Part shown: piece after piece, positions 1-12,649 of the stretch
Layout of the letters: each line of letters starts with the position of its first letter
How positions within the stretch are numbered: the first letter of the stretch is position 1
Assembly: GCA_028534125.1 (NCBI GenBank)
Contig: CM052818.1
Coordinates: 10,232,001-10,296,000 of the forward strand
Length of the DNA stretch: 64,000 nucleotides
Direction of reading: 5' to 3'
Source: Lama glama
Taxonomy: Eukaryota
Notes under the pieces: model-generated
Told to the model about the DNA's origin: nothing
The model's database searches: none
Seen by the model: only the letters and a program-made list of their open reading frames with translations
Translations under genes and position numbers: made by a program

Positions 1-924
1 TTGCATCCTCAGAAAGAGAGAGGATCATGTAAGGGACTTGTAGGAGATGGGGCTGGAAAAGGAGTGTGGGGCTAGGCTGGGAGAGAGGCCTTGAGGTCAG
101 GCTAAGAAGTTTGGATTTTATGGTGTGGACAGTAGAAGGGGGTTGTGCCAAGAAGTGGTGAAGATGAATGAAGCCCAAGGTAGAGGCTTCTGTTCTCAAT
201 GTTATTGGGTTTTGGGTGGTGCATATGTCAAATCACAATGTGGGCTGCCAGAGTGAGAGCTTCCGAGAGGCAGGAGGCCAAAGCATTTCTCCAAGTTGGG
301 GGAGGTAGAGAATGCTGCAGACTGGGGGTGGCTAGGAAGGTGTCTAGGAAGGAGGGTTTTGTGAGGTGGAGAGAGTGGTCCTAGGTAGTACTTAGATTCA
401 CCTTCTATCACAGGAAGATGGTTATTAAAGCAGTGCTGGATCCTACCTTGGCAGTCAAAGTGTATGCATAAAAATACATTGGTTGCCGAATTTACTTCCT
501 GTTCCCTTTCTTCCCGTTCAAAATAGTAATTGATGCTCCCCGCCCCCCAAACAGATGTTCTCAGTTTTTTAGAACGTTGTGGGGTGGCAGAGTGTGTGTG
601 GGGCAGCAGCTGGTGATAACATCTTTTATTTTTTATTTTCTGGATGTGGGTTGGAGTTAGAATCAGGATTTAGAAATGGGGAAGCCGTGGCTTGTGGTCC
701 TGCATCCTGACATCTTACACTACATCTCAGGTAGCGTTTGTCCTTATGAGTCAAACCTGCAACCTATTAGCAAGTAGGTTGCATCTTTATATTATGTAAA
801 TTATACCTGCTTGTGGTAAAAAAACAAAAACAAGAACAGAAAACAATCAGAATGTTTCCTTTTCTCCAATATCTCTCTCCAGAGGAAACCACTGTTAACA
901 GTTTGATGTGTATCCCTTGCAGAT

Positions 925-1175
925 AATAATATTGATGACAACTAACTTTTAATATATGCCAGACCCTATTCTAAGTGCTTTACCCATATGATCTCATTCA
1001 GTCCATACATGAGTCCTATGAAGCAGGTATTATTATTTTCTCCATTTGACAGATGAAGAAACTGAAGCACTGAGAAGTTAAACAATTTGCTCAAGACCAC
1101 ATAGGTAGTAGGAGATGAAGCCAGGATTGATACTCAAGCAGTCTGAGTTCTGAATCTGTGCTCTTAATTATGAGT
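925..1175 (-). mobile_element. MIR SINE
   Basis: MIR core in reverse orientation: 'ccatttgacagatgaagaaactgaagcactgagaagttaaacaatttgctcaagaccaca'; near full length. Confidence 0.85.
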
Positions 1176-1617
1176 TTATGCTGACTCTGTGAATGTATAT
1201 GATATGTATTCACACAATTATATACTTAGTCCTTACTTAAAAAAGCAAAATCATAGTATACGTGTTGTTCCACAATTTGCTTTTTTGTTTGGGTAAATAA
1301 TAAAAATGTGAACATTTTCCCATGTCAGTATATATAAATCCACTTCATCCTTTTAAAAATCTGCATAGAATCGTCCCAATGTACCATCATTATTTAGTGA
1401 TTCTCCTATTGGTGGCCATTTGTTTTCTTTCCAGATTTTTGCTATTATAAACAGGTATTTGCTGTTTCCAGATTTTGCTATTTTTGCTATTGCAGGGAAC
1501 ATTCTGACAACAGTAGCAGCACCAACAGCTACCACTAACCCTGAACAGTATGCTTACTATGGGCAGGGTCCCGTTTTAAGCTCTTTCCATGTATGAACTC
1601 ACTTAAACAAACATGTT

Positions 1618-1911
1618 TTTTAAAAAATTGAGTTATTAGTCAGTTTACAATGTTGTGTCAATTTCTGGTGTACAGCACAGTTTTTCAGTCATACGTGAAT
1701 GGTACATATCTTCGTTTTCATATTCTTTTTCACCGTGAGCTACTACAAGATCTTGTATATATTTCCCTGTGCTATACAGTATAAACTTGTTTATCTATTC
1801 TATATATACCTGTTAGTATCTATAAATCTTGAACTCCCAGCCTGTCCCTTCCCACCCGCCTCCCCTCTGATAACCACAAGTTTGTATTCTATGTCTGTGA
1901 GTCTGTTTCTG
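1618..1911 (-). mobile_element. 5'-truncated lineage-specific L1 (3' UTR only)
   Basis: Same 3'-UTR family as the copies at 9590 and 31765. T-run at left; flanked by ttaaacaaacatgtt (1603-1617) and ttaaacaagcatctt (1912-1926), a TSD with 2 mismatches. Confidence 0.85.
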
Positions 1912-2044
1912 TTAAACAAGCATCTTGGTGTGAATGATCAAGTATTTCTACAGGTTAGATGCCTGGAAGTGGGGATGCTAGGTTAAAGGCCAAGTGCATT
2001 TAAAATTTTGCTTGCAACTGCCAACTTTTCCTCCAAAACTGGGC

Positions 2045-2420
2045 AAGTATTTACTGAGTGTCAACTTTCAACTCAACACTCTGTTAGACATTATTTGTAA
2101 TGCACAGGCAAATGAGATTGGGGCCCTCCTAGATGTCTGCAAGGGTAGAGAAACAAGTAGTACAAGTTACCAGGTGATTAAGACAGACTTTACCCAGGGC
2201 AAGGCTGGTGGTATAGCAGGGAACACTACAGGGGTGCAGGGAGAGGGGAGGTCTCTGAGGGAAGGAAGGTATCTACAGCAGCTTCAGAGAGGAGATGAGC
2301 TGCAGGAGGCTGGGAAGGATTTGGAATGGATGAGGTGGTGAGCAGTCCTGCTGAGAGATGGAGAAGAACAAAGCTGGGGAGGAGGTGGCATGGTTTAAGG
2401 GTGAGGCAGTGAATTGGTGC
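2045..2420 (-). mobile_element. L2 fragment
   Basis: Starts with a reverse L2 3'-end motif 'caagtatttactgagtg', followed by degraded purine-rich L2-like sequence. Confidence 0.5.
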
Positions 2421-2885
2421 GATTGTGGTTCTGACTGAAGCAAAGGGCATGTGTTGGGAAATGGCAAGCCAGCCCATGGCCAAAAGAAGAATATTATAAG
2501 AGTAGAAACAGATGCCCACCTGTCCTGTGTCTACATGTTTTAAAGTTACAAATAAAGCTAATAAATTGCTTAAATATGTCCTGTTCTTCTGCCTTGATGC
2601 ATGAATCTTCATAGCAACCTGGAACAGGTTTGAATTTAGAATTCTCATCTCCACGGAACATGGCACCAGAAGGTGGTGAATTCCGTGTCCAGATCAACGA
2701 CAGTTCAGAAAGGGGATAGGCTTGTGATAATCAGGTACACTTGCCTTAGTCACTGTGAATAGTTCTCTTCTGTCAGTGCTGAAGCATACTGGTGGTATAG
2801 CTGTTTTCAAAAGCAGACAATCACAGCCCAGAAATGGTGAGTGGGAGCCCTGGACACACAGGTTGGAACCCCAAATCTCTGACTT

Positions 2886-3574
2886 AAAAGAAATTTTTTT
2901 TATTGAAGTATAGTTGATTTATAATGTTGTGTTAGTTTCTGTGTACAGCAAAGTGATTCAGATATAGATATAGATATAGATATAGATATAGATATAGATT
3001 AGATACAGATATAGATATAGATATAGATATATAGATAGATATTTATAAAACTTTCTGAAGAGACTGTCTTTTCTCCATTGTATATTCTTGCCTTCTTTGT
3101 CTATGATTGATTGATCATAGGTGTGTGAGTTTATTTCTGGGTTCTCTATTCTGTTCCATTGATTCATATGTCTGTTTTTGTGCCAATATCATGCTGTTTT
3201 GATTACTGTGGCTTTGTAGTATTGTCTGAAGTCAGGAGGGTTATGCCTCCAGTTTTGTTCTTTCTCCTCAGGATTGCTTTGGCAACTTTGGGGCTTTTAT
3301 GGTTCCATATAAATTTTAGGATTATTTGTTCTAGTTCTGTGAAAAATTGTTCTGGGTAATTGTTAGGGATTGCATTAAATCTATAGATTGCCCTGGGCAC
3401 TATGGCCATTCTAACAATGTTTAATCTTCCAATCCAAGAACATGGGATACATTTCCATTTCTTTGAATGGTCTTCAATTTCCTTTATCAATATCTTTTAG
3501 TTCTCAGCATATAGTTCATTCACCTCCTTGGTCAGGTTTATTCCTAAGTAGTTTTTTTTTTTTTTTTTGCTGTG
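2886..3574 (-). mobile_element. L1 insertion: 3' terminus joined to an internal ORF2 segment
   Basis: L1 3' end 'tttattgaagtatagttgatttataatgttg'; ORF2 peptides in ORFs 2958..3167 and 3203..3490 ([40 protein letters not shown]); TSD cccaaatctctgactt (2870-2885) / ccctaatctctgactt (3575-3590). Confidence 0.9.
2961..3041. repeat. (GATATA)n microsatellite
   Basis: Directly visible tandem hexamer with a few variant units. Confidence 0.95.
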
Positions 3575-6500
3575 CCCTAATCTCTGACTTGAAGTTGAGA
3601 CGTGGGAATGGAAGTATCTCTCCTCCTCACCCCACCCCCAACCAACAAAGAAAGACATGCAGGTGCTTGCCTATGACTTTCTGTTCTGCAATGGAGATGG
3701 TCTCCTTGTGTTTGTTTCACAAGCACAGTTAATGTCTGATTTCAATGTTACAAAGGAAGCGAGGGCAATGGTAAGAAACCCAGAACTTAGATGCAAATTA
3801 CAGGGCCATTTTTAATTTGTTCGGTATATTCAGGTAGGGGAAATTCTATATTTGAATATAACCAGCCACTTTGAACCAGGTATGGAAGTAGCTATGTAAG
3901 AAATACTTGGTGACACATTGTTAAAGCTGTAAAATTTGTACCTCTCAAAACAAGGGCATTGACAATGTAAGTTTCTCATGGCAATGCCAACATATCTGCA
4001 ATGTATTATACATGCAATTCTGCATCATAAATAATGGCCATAACTACTACTCAGCAATATTACACATGTGGAATGTGGCTGAATTAATGTCACTGTGAGA
4101 CCCTTAGCTAAGGAGGTTTCCTCTGCCTTGAGCTGGAGCCGGGTGGGGGCAGGCTGGAGAAAGCCACTGCTGCCTGGCTCTAAAACTTTGTCTGGTAGGC
4201 AAAAATGACTTTTTGGAATCAAGGATTTTGAGCACCACAAGCCACAAATCACGAGAAGAGAGAAATCAAGCACTAAATTCATCCCCAGATGATTATTGCC
4301 CAGAACAGCCTGGAAATTGTAGGATCTTTCTCAATGTCGGCAAGGGTCTCTGTGAGGTCCAGCGACATGGTGGTGTTTGCTTTAACTGCTGCTATTTCTC
4401 CATTTATGGTTTTACTTGCTCTGAGCCCTCTCAGAGCGAGAATGGAGAACTGCTCTCATTGGCTTTTCCTAGAGCTGGAAGAGGCCCTGGAGGAGAGTTT
4501 GTTAATGGGTAATGCATGTGTACTGGGGCATGACTCAAGTCCCTGTGGGCCCCAGGATCACACCTGTCCTAACATCTTCCAGGAGGAATTGAGTGAAAAG
4601 AGACTTCAGGGGTAGCAAAGGAGGGAAAATGCAAGGACATCGTGTGTGTGTGTTGCAATGACTGGAGGGAGGATAGAAGGTGGGACTTACAGGTCCTAGT
4701 CTGCCACACAGCAGCTGGTCCATGAGGCAGTGTGGAGCCTGCCAAAATGCATTGACTTCGGGTCCTCGCATCCTGGAGGCAACTTGTCACCATGTACTCC
4801 TCTCCGTGGCACTGCCTGGGGTGCTGGTTTGGGCACATGGGTTGGTTTCTCTTTCCTTCAGTGAAAGGAACTGGAATCAGCTGATCAGCAAGTGACTACT
4901 GTGCATGTTTTGTGTGTTCTGCTGGCCTAGGGGCTGTGGGGGATGCTCACAGCCTTCGGTCAGGCGATTGCAGGCATATGCACATTCTAAGGAGCAGCCC
5001 AGGACACATCATGGGCGCCCAGTTCAGAGGATGAAGACCTTGAGTGTGTGTGTATGGGGGGTGTGGGCAGGGTCGTAGTCAGGCTTCATGGAAGAGGCAG
5101 CCCTGAGCTGCTTTTCAAAGGAGAGAGAGGCAGAGAGAAGTGGGATGACTCAACAGAGGAAGGAAATTCTAGGAGCTCTGAGAAACAGGACTCCTTGTGA
5201 TGGCTTTTTGGTCTGAGTTGAGGCCTGACTCCCAATTTCAATCTGAACTCTGGTTGGCTGAAGACAAGACTGTCAGCTCACTCTCCTTCTTGCCTCTCCT
5301 ACTCATGACAGTCATGATAAGTTTATAACCAACATTATACCCCCACAGAGAGGCAGGCAGGCAGCCAGCCAGCCTTCACTACTGGTGCAGAGAACCAAAT
5401 CAACCAACTGGGGTTCCCGCCAGAACAGGAAACCATGGGGAGTGTCTGCCTGGCTGCATCCTCTGAGATGCTTTCCCACCCTGTTCCCGAGAGTAGAGCC
5501 TTGGTGTGGCACCTGCCTCACTGTGGACATGGGACAAGGCCTCTGGAAGGCAGGAGGGAGCCCAGGATGGCTTACTCTGAGACTGGTTGTGTGGCTTATC
5601 ATTGAAGACTGTTCCCTCTTAGGCAGCTGTGAGCCCCGGGGGAGTGACTTCCTCTCTCTGGACTCTGTTTCTGAATCTGTAGACTGAGAAGGTAGACCAG
5701 ATGGCCTTGGAGGTCCCTTCTAGGCAGGTCTCTCTTGTCCCTAAAGGCAGATGGAGGCAGGTGGGGAAAGCAGTGGAGCAGAGAGGAATTGAGAGGAATT
5801 CCCCAGCAAGGTTCTTGGGAACCACACAGTTCCCCATTCTGGTGCCACCTGCTCAGAGGGTGCAAGTGAAAAGGGTGCCGGCCTTGAAGTCTGCATGGAT
5901 GGGTAGCTTGGCCTCCCCAGATGTGCCCATATGCTTCTTGGTGTCCATATCTGGACAACTGTGGAACCCTTACTTAGGCCATTCTTAACTTACCAGAAAA
6001 AGTTCAGTCTTGGTTTGTGTAGACAGCTGTCTATGGTCCGGAGGAGGAAACTGTTGCCCTGAGATGCTCACACACTGTCTTGTGACTGCCGTAAGGACTG
6101 CATCATCATGGCTGAGATCAGGAGGCCAGCAGACACAGGCCAAGGGGAAGTGCCCCAGGTGCTTCCCACAAACTCCTGGGTGCAAACACACCGTCCCACC
6201 CACAGCACATGACATCCACAGAGCCAAGGCTGGAACACTCTGACCACTTTGATGCTGGAAGGCCACTTGAAGAGTGAAGCTTGGAGAAGACAGGTGACTC
6301 GACCAGAGTTGTGCAGCCATTTGGGGACACAGCTGCAGCTAACTCAGAGTCTTCTGACTCCCAGTCCATTGTGCTTTCTCTTCCACCAAATTGAAAGATG
6401 GCTAGAGGCTTGGCATACCACAGAATGAAACTTGCACTGAACCCCCTGGGGCTCAGACCATTCTCTAAAAATGTGTCAGAGGAAGTGAGAATGCAGGGCT

Positions 6501-6729
6501 TCTCTTCACACATTGGAGCTGTAGGTGGTGCACGTGCTCTCAGCTCCAGGCAGGGCAGAGAAAGTTGTGGAAGGGCAGCCAACCAAGAAGCACTTATTTA
6601 AGCATTTATATGTGCCCAGCCTTGAGCAAGGCATAGTAGGACATAGAGGAGCTTTAAGGTACACACCTCACACAGCAGTTTCACTGCAGCTGGCGAGGCA
6701 AATTTAACTCCCAAGTCAATTGAAAAAAC

Positions 6730-6920
6730 ACTCCTGTTTGTATAATAAAATAGAAGAACATATATTTACATTTGCATAAAGAAAATCTGGAAGGATACAA
6801 AAAGCTAATAAAAGTGGTTAAATGAGCAGTCATGTGACAAGGGGGAGTTAAGAGATGTCCTTTGTAACTTATGATTACAAAAAATATTTTGAATTATGTG
6901 AATGTATTATCTTCACAAAA
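6730..6920 (+). mobile_element. Old L1M 3'-UTR fragment
   Basis: 'aaatctggaaggatacaaaaagctaataaaagtggtta' and 'tttgaattatgtgaatgtattatc' resemble L1ME/L1MB 3' ends. Confidence 0.5.
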
Positions 6921-7049
6921 AAATTGGGTATAAACAACACCACCAACAAAACTGATCAATCACATGTTGAATTGGGTGACTAGTGGCCAAAAGAATTCAG
7001 GAAAAGCAGAGTTCTGGGGGTCTCCTAGAGCCTTCTTGGGCTCCTGGAA

Positions 7050-7130
7050 GATTAGAACTGGAAGGGACTCTAGGTGCCATTCTGTCTGACTTCCCACCTG
7101 ATGCTGGCATGTCTAGTACAACCACCAAGA
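7050..7130 (-). mobile_element. L3/CR1 (or MIR3) 3'-end fragment
   Basis: 'tagaactggaagggactctaggtgccattctgtctgacttcccacctgatgc' resembles the reverse L3 3' end. Confidence 0.35.
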
Positions 7131-7189
7131 CATAGACCTTCCACTGTCCCTCACCCAATAATCCCTCAGCCCGATGATATGCACGGACA

Positions 7190-7980
7190 GTGCTGATCCA
7201 GGGAGCACAAGGTACAAAGAGGCATCTGTCCTCAATGGCCTTATGCTCCTTCGAAAGTGTACCTTTAACTAAAATACCAAGAAGATTTAATTTAAGAGTC
7301 CCAAGTGAAAAAACAAGGTGCTAAGGGGCCTGGAAGGAGGATGAAAGCAGTGGAGTTAATATAGCATTTGAAATAACAAAGACTGGGTCCCTTTTTGACA
7401 ATCAGAGGGCAGGAATACCAGTTGGAGAGAACATACATAAAGACACAGAGGTGGGTTTGTTCAGGGAATTCTCAGGACTGGCTAGAAATTAGGCCATGTG
7501 TGGTGGAATAGTGGGATGGGGATGGAAATCTGGGTGGGGCTTATGTAGCAGACTGTACTGAGTGCTAGTCTGAGGTATATTTTTTTAATTTAGTGAAAAA
7601 TAGGGAACCAATAAAGATTTATGGGCATGTGCTTGAGCTTTTCTTAAGATTCTCCAGTGAGAGAGCACTCTACTTCATCCAAGAATCCATGAGGAGAAGC
7701 TTCCTGGAAGCAGTAGGAATTGAGCTGGACCTTTAGAAAGCGTTCTGAGTGGGAGGAGTAGCATGAGTCCAGTGTTGATAGGCACCACTGAAGGACTTTG
7801 AGCATGAAAGAGCATGTTGATGCTGTACATTGGAAAGAGTTTTGCCTGTGCTACCTAGGATAGAATGGAGGAAAGATTGCCTGAAGCAGGGTGATTGCTG
7901 AGAAAGCTTTCTCTACAGTCTCAAGCAAGACATTGAAGGCCTGCCTTAGGTGGCAGTAACGGGAATGGAAAGAGGCAGAC
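7190..7980 (-). mobile_element. L2 fragments
   Basis: Degraded reverse L2 motifs, e.g. 'gaagcttcctggaagcagtaggaattgagctggacc' and 'ggtggcagtaacgggaatggaaagagg'. Confidence 0.6.
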
Positions 7981-8289
7981 ACACCGGAAAGACCTATTCC
8001 TCTCCTATGCCTACAGTCCTGTTTGCTTGGATTTGATTCATTTGCCAGCCCTGAGGAAAGAGATTATCCTTAGCCCAAGCTCTCAGTTTGTCAGATGTTT
8101 TCCTGCATCATTTCTCCTCTGTGCCACTGGCAGGGAGTGGCAGCCATGGTGCCCTCAGTCCTGCTGTTTATTAGCATTTTACTGCAGTTTGGATTGTGTT
8201 TAGATTGTGTTGATGGTAGGATAAACATTTCCATCTTGAGCATCTTCTTCCTGACAGATGGACAAGTTGCTCAATGGTTGTGAGATATC

Positions 8290-8700
8290 ACTAATACAAC
8301 TAGACTCAACATTCTCATTTTGCATGTAAGGAAATAGAGATCCGAGATTTAAAAGAACATATTCAAATCACAGAAGTGGGAACATGGGAACATAGGAGCA
8401 GAACTAGGTTTTTTGACTTCAAGTTCTGGACTTCTTCTTCTTCTTTTCTTTTTCTTTCTTTCTTTTTTTTTTTTAGCATACCTTATAGTCTCTATTGAAT
8501 AACTGTAATATTTGCTGAGCACTTACTATGTGTCATGCACTGTTAGAACTTCGATATCATTCTTTAATCCCCTGGTGACCCCACCATTATCCCTATCTCT
8601 TCAGATGAGAAATGGAAAGACAGAGGGATGATTAACTTTCCAAAGGTCACACAACTAGGAAGTTGCAAAGCCAGAATTTGAATCCAGGTCTGTCTGACTT
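8290..8700 (-). mobile_element. Two MIR copies separated by a (TTC)/(TTTC)/T simple repeat
   Basis: MIR cores at ~8310-8430 and ~8505-8700 ('ccaaaggtcacacaactaggaagttgcaaagccagaatttgaatccaggtctgtctgact'). Confidence 0.8.
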
Positions 8701-9950
8701 TACGTATCTATTGAGGTATACAAAACCCTATTTAAATTATTTATTAAAAATAATCGACACTCTAAATAGAAGTTCTACTTTTGGTATTTACTGTTTGAGA
8801 AGATACTGTGAACTCAGTAATACCTTTAGGTGAATTTGTATTTGAATAATCAGTGTCTACATACATTCTGGAAAATACATAATTGAAAAATAATAGTATA
8901 TGTATATACAAGACATAGCAGGTATGAGTTTTAGAAGTCATCAGTTGGATAAAAGAGGTAATATAGTAAGTGAGGTGGGGAAAGGTGGTGGCTTGGGAAT
9001 TACAGTAAAGTGAGCAGTCTCATTGGGGTGAGTGAGAATCTTCAGGTCTCTGATATAAACTGATCCACCAGCCTGTGAGTATGAATAAAGTCACAATATG
9101 ATAGAATCATATGTCTATTTTTATATAAATATCAAACTATAACTTTATAATAAAGCTTGAAATTAGGTAGTATAAGTCCTCCAAATTTGCTGTTCTTTTC
9201 CAAATATTTTGCATATTCTTTGACCATATAACTTTTAGAGTTTGCTTGTGAACTTTTCAAAAAGACCTGCTGGAATTTTTTACTAGGATGGCATTGCATC
9301 TATGGTTTCATTAGACAGAATGGACATTTGACAATATTTTGTCTTTCAATTTATAAGCATGGTATCTGTCTATTTATTTATCTTCTTAAGTTCTCTCTGC
9401 AAAAATTTTGCGCCTTGCTTGTCTAAGGTGCTTATGTAAGATTGGCATTAATTCTTCTTTAAATATTTACGTAATTAATTGGGGAAGCCATCTGGGTCTG
9501 GAGGTTTCTTTGTTAATAGGTGTTTTTTTTTTTTATCAGTGTAATTTCTTTAATAGACAAAGGACCATTTAGAATTTCTGTTTCTCTTTTTTTTAACGTT
9601 TTTTATTGATTTATAATCATTTTACAATGTTGTGCCAAATTCCAATGTAGAGCACAATTTTTCAATTATACATGAACATACATATATTCATTGTCACATT
9701 CCTTTCTCTGTGAGCTACCATAAGATCTTGTATATATTTCACTATGCTATACAGTATAATCTTGTTTATCTATTCCACAATTTTGAAATTCCATTCTATC
9801 TCTTCCCACCCCCCACCCCCTTGGCAACCACAAGTCTATATTCTATGTCTATGAATCTATTTCTGTTCTGTATTTATGCTTTGTTTGTTTGTTTGTTTGT
9901 TTTTTTAGATTCCACATATGAGCAATCTCATATGGTATTTTTCTTTCTCT

Positions 9951-10450
9951 NNNNNNNNNNNNNNNNNNNNNNNNNNNNNNNNNNNNNNNNNNNNNNNNNN
10001 NNNNNNNNNNNNNNNNNNNNNNNNNNNNNNNNNNNNNNNNNNNNNNNNNNNNNNNNNNNNNNNNNNNNNNNNNNNNNNNNNNNNNNNNNNNNNNNNNNNN
10101 NNNNNNNNNNNNNNNNNNNNNNNNNNNNNNNNNNNNNNNNNNNNNNNNNNNNNNNNNNNNNNNNNNNNNNNNNNNNNNNNNNNNNNNNNNNNNNNNNNNN
10201 NNNNNNNNNNNNNNNNNNNNNNNNNNNNNNNNNNNNNNNNNNNNNNNNNNNNNNNNNNNNNNNNNNNNNNNNNNNNNNNNNNNNNNNNNNNNNNNNNNNN
10301 NNNNNNNNNNNNNNNNNNNNNNNNNNNNNNNNNNNNNNNNNNNNNNNNNNNNNNNNNNNNNNNNNNNNNNNNNNNNNNNNNNNNNNNNNNNNNNNNNNNN
10401 NNNNNNNNNNNNNNNNNNNNNNNNNNNNNNNNNNNNNNNNNNNNNNNNNN
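9951..10450. other. Assembly gap (500 N) inside young L1
   Basis: Run of N; both flanks are collinear L1 sequence. Confidence 1.
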
Positions 10451-10542
10451 TGGCCATTCTGACTGGTGTGAGGTGATATCTCATTGTAGTTTTGATTTGC
10501 ATTTCTCTGATAATTAGTGATATTGAGCATTTTTTCATGTGT

Positions 10543-11340
10543 CTATTGGTCATTTGTATGTCTTCCTTGCTTGTTTAGGTCTTCTGCCCATTTTTGGATT
10601 GGGTTGTTTATTTTCTTCTTATTGAGTTGTATGAGCTGCTTATATATTCTGGAGATCAAGCCTTTGTCAGTTTCATTTGCAAAAATTTTTTCCCATTCCG
10701 TAGGTTGTCTTTTTGTTTTACTTATGGTTTCCTTTGCTGTGCAGAAGCTTGTAAGTTTCATTAGGTCCCATTTGTTTATTCTTGCTTTTATTTCTTCTAG
10801 GTGAAAATTTTTGAGATGTATGTCAGATAATGTTTTGCCTATATTTTCTTCTAGGAGGTTTATTATATCTTGTCTTATATTTAAGTCTTTGATCCATTTT
10901 GAGTTTATTTTTGTGTATGGTGTAAGGGAGTGTTCTAGCTTCATTGTTTTACATGCTGCTGTCCAGTTCTCCCAACACCATTTGCTGAAGAGACTGTCTT
11001 TATTCCATTGTATATTCTTGCCTCCTTTGTTGAAGATTAGTTGACCAAAAGTTTGAGGGTTTATTTCTGGGCTCTCTGTTTTGTTCCATTGGTCTATATA
11101 TCTGTTTTTGTACCAATACCATGCTGTCTTGATGACTGTAACTGTATAGTATTGTCTGAAGTCTGGGAGAGTTATTCCTCCAGCCTCTTTCTTTCTCTTC
11201 AGTAGTGCTTTGGCAATTCTGGGTCTTTGATGGTTCCATATAAATTTTATTATGATTTGTTCTAGTTCTGTGAAATATGTCCTGGGTAATTGGATAGGGA
11301 TTGCATTAAATCTGTAGATTGCCTTGGGCAGTGTGACCAT
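10543..11340 (-). pseudogene. L1 ORF2p fragment (post-RT region), open for 265 aa, then frameshifted
   Basis: [62 protein letters not shown]. The frame breaks near 10570; [34 protein letters not shown] continues in another frame. Confidence 0.95.
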
Positions 11341-12649
11341 TTTAACAATATTGATTCTTCCAATCCAAGAGCATGGGGTATCATTTAGAATTTCTGTTTC
11401 TCTTTATTACAGTTCTGGTAGGTTTTATTTTTCAAGGAATTTTTCAATTTTATGTTAGTTGTTGATATTTTGCCATCCATTTGTTTATAATATTCCCTTA
11501 TTGTTCTTTTAATATATGTAAGATTTTCAATAATATCTCCTCTTTTACTCCTTGGTATTTTGTGTTTTCTTTTTTCATGACCAGTTTTGCTAAGGATTTG
11601 TGAGTTTTATTAATTTTTTCAAATGTTCAATTTTTAACTTTTAAAATGTTTGCCTATTTTCTATTTTGTTTATTTCTGCTGTTAATTTTAGTATTTTCTC
11701 CCTTCTACCTAATGTTGGTTTTAATTTGCTTTTTTTCTTGCTTCTTAAGGTAGAAATTTAGGTCTTTGATTTAATTCTTTCTTTTCCAATATAAGCATTT
11801 AAAGTTCTAAATTGTTCTCTAAGCTCAGCTTTATCATCATCCCACAAAGTTTGTTATGTTTTCTTTATTATTCAATTAGAGATATTTTTCCAATTTTCCT
11901 TATGATTTCTTCTTTGAGTTATGGGTCATTTAGAAGTGGATATTTGGTTCAAGATGGCCACATAGGAAGATCCTGAGCTCACTTCCTCCAATAGACATAC
12001 CAAATTTACATTTGTATATAGAGCAGTTCCTCGGGAAGAATAACTTAGGGCTGATTGAACACATTCTACACAGTAAACAATATAGGGACCACATAGAGAT
12101 GGATAGGAGAGATGGAGATATGATATTGATGGGAACCCCACCTGTAACATGATGGCCTACAGAGAGAGGAATAACATTGAGGGGCCTGCACAAGGACTCA
12201 CCTACCCTAGGACACAGAGAAAAATCAGCAGTTTAAAGGGCATCTGTACTATACTTGAAGGTAATCCACTTACTAATCCTAGAGCACCTGCCAGTTGGGT
12301 GGGGAACTGCTAGAACTCTCTCTGGGGTCAGAGACACTAGAGAGAACCATTTTTTGCATTCCCCCTCCACCTTGATAACATGGGCAGGAACACAGTCCAA
12401 GTGCTTTAGCCATCCTGCCATAGCTTCTCCAGCATACCACAGGCCCCTGGCCCACACCAACTTTACCCATCCCACCAAGGCAACCCCATTGTGGTGCACA
12501 CCAGGACCCCCTGGCCCACTCTTGCTCCATCTCCAGCTGTCCTGCCAGGGCAGCCCTAGCAGGGTGATCCCTAGGACTCCCTAGCTCATTCCTGCTGTGG
12601 CTATAGCTGCTCTGCCAAAGTCACATGCAGTCACAGAGAGGTAAACAAA

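Larger units (their letters stand above)
865..2040 (-). mobile_element. Ancient L1 (L1ME-like) 3' region, interrupted by MIRs and a young L1
   Basis: L1ME-type motifs in order: 'ccagaggaaaccactgttaacagtttg' (~880), 'ttccagatttttgctattataaac' (~1430), 'cctggaagtggggatgctaggttaaagg' (~1960). Boundaries approximate. Confidence 0.6.
9590..11381 (-). mobile_element. Young 5'-truncated lineage-specific L1
   Basis: Poly-T, 3' UTR and ORF2 C-terminal third; perfect 24-bp flanking direct repeat catttagaatttctgtttctcttt (9566-9589 and 11382-11405). Confidence 0.95.

Noticed and set aside
758..783. 9-bp inverted repeat tgcaaccta/taggttgca (similar one at 47269-47297)
   Set aside because: A few stems of this length are expected by chance in 64 kb.
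5312..6707. Cluster of overlapping 60-154 aa ORFs
   Set aside because: GC-richer non-coding DNA gives ORFs on both strands; no domain similarity or coherent exon structure.
9632..10553. Long ORFs (199-276 aa) in the ORF track
   Set aside because: Their length comes from translating the 500-N gap; the real sequence is L1 3' UTR/ORF2.
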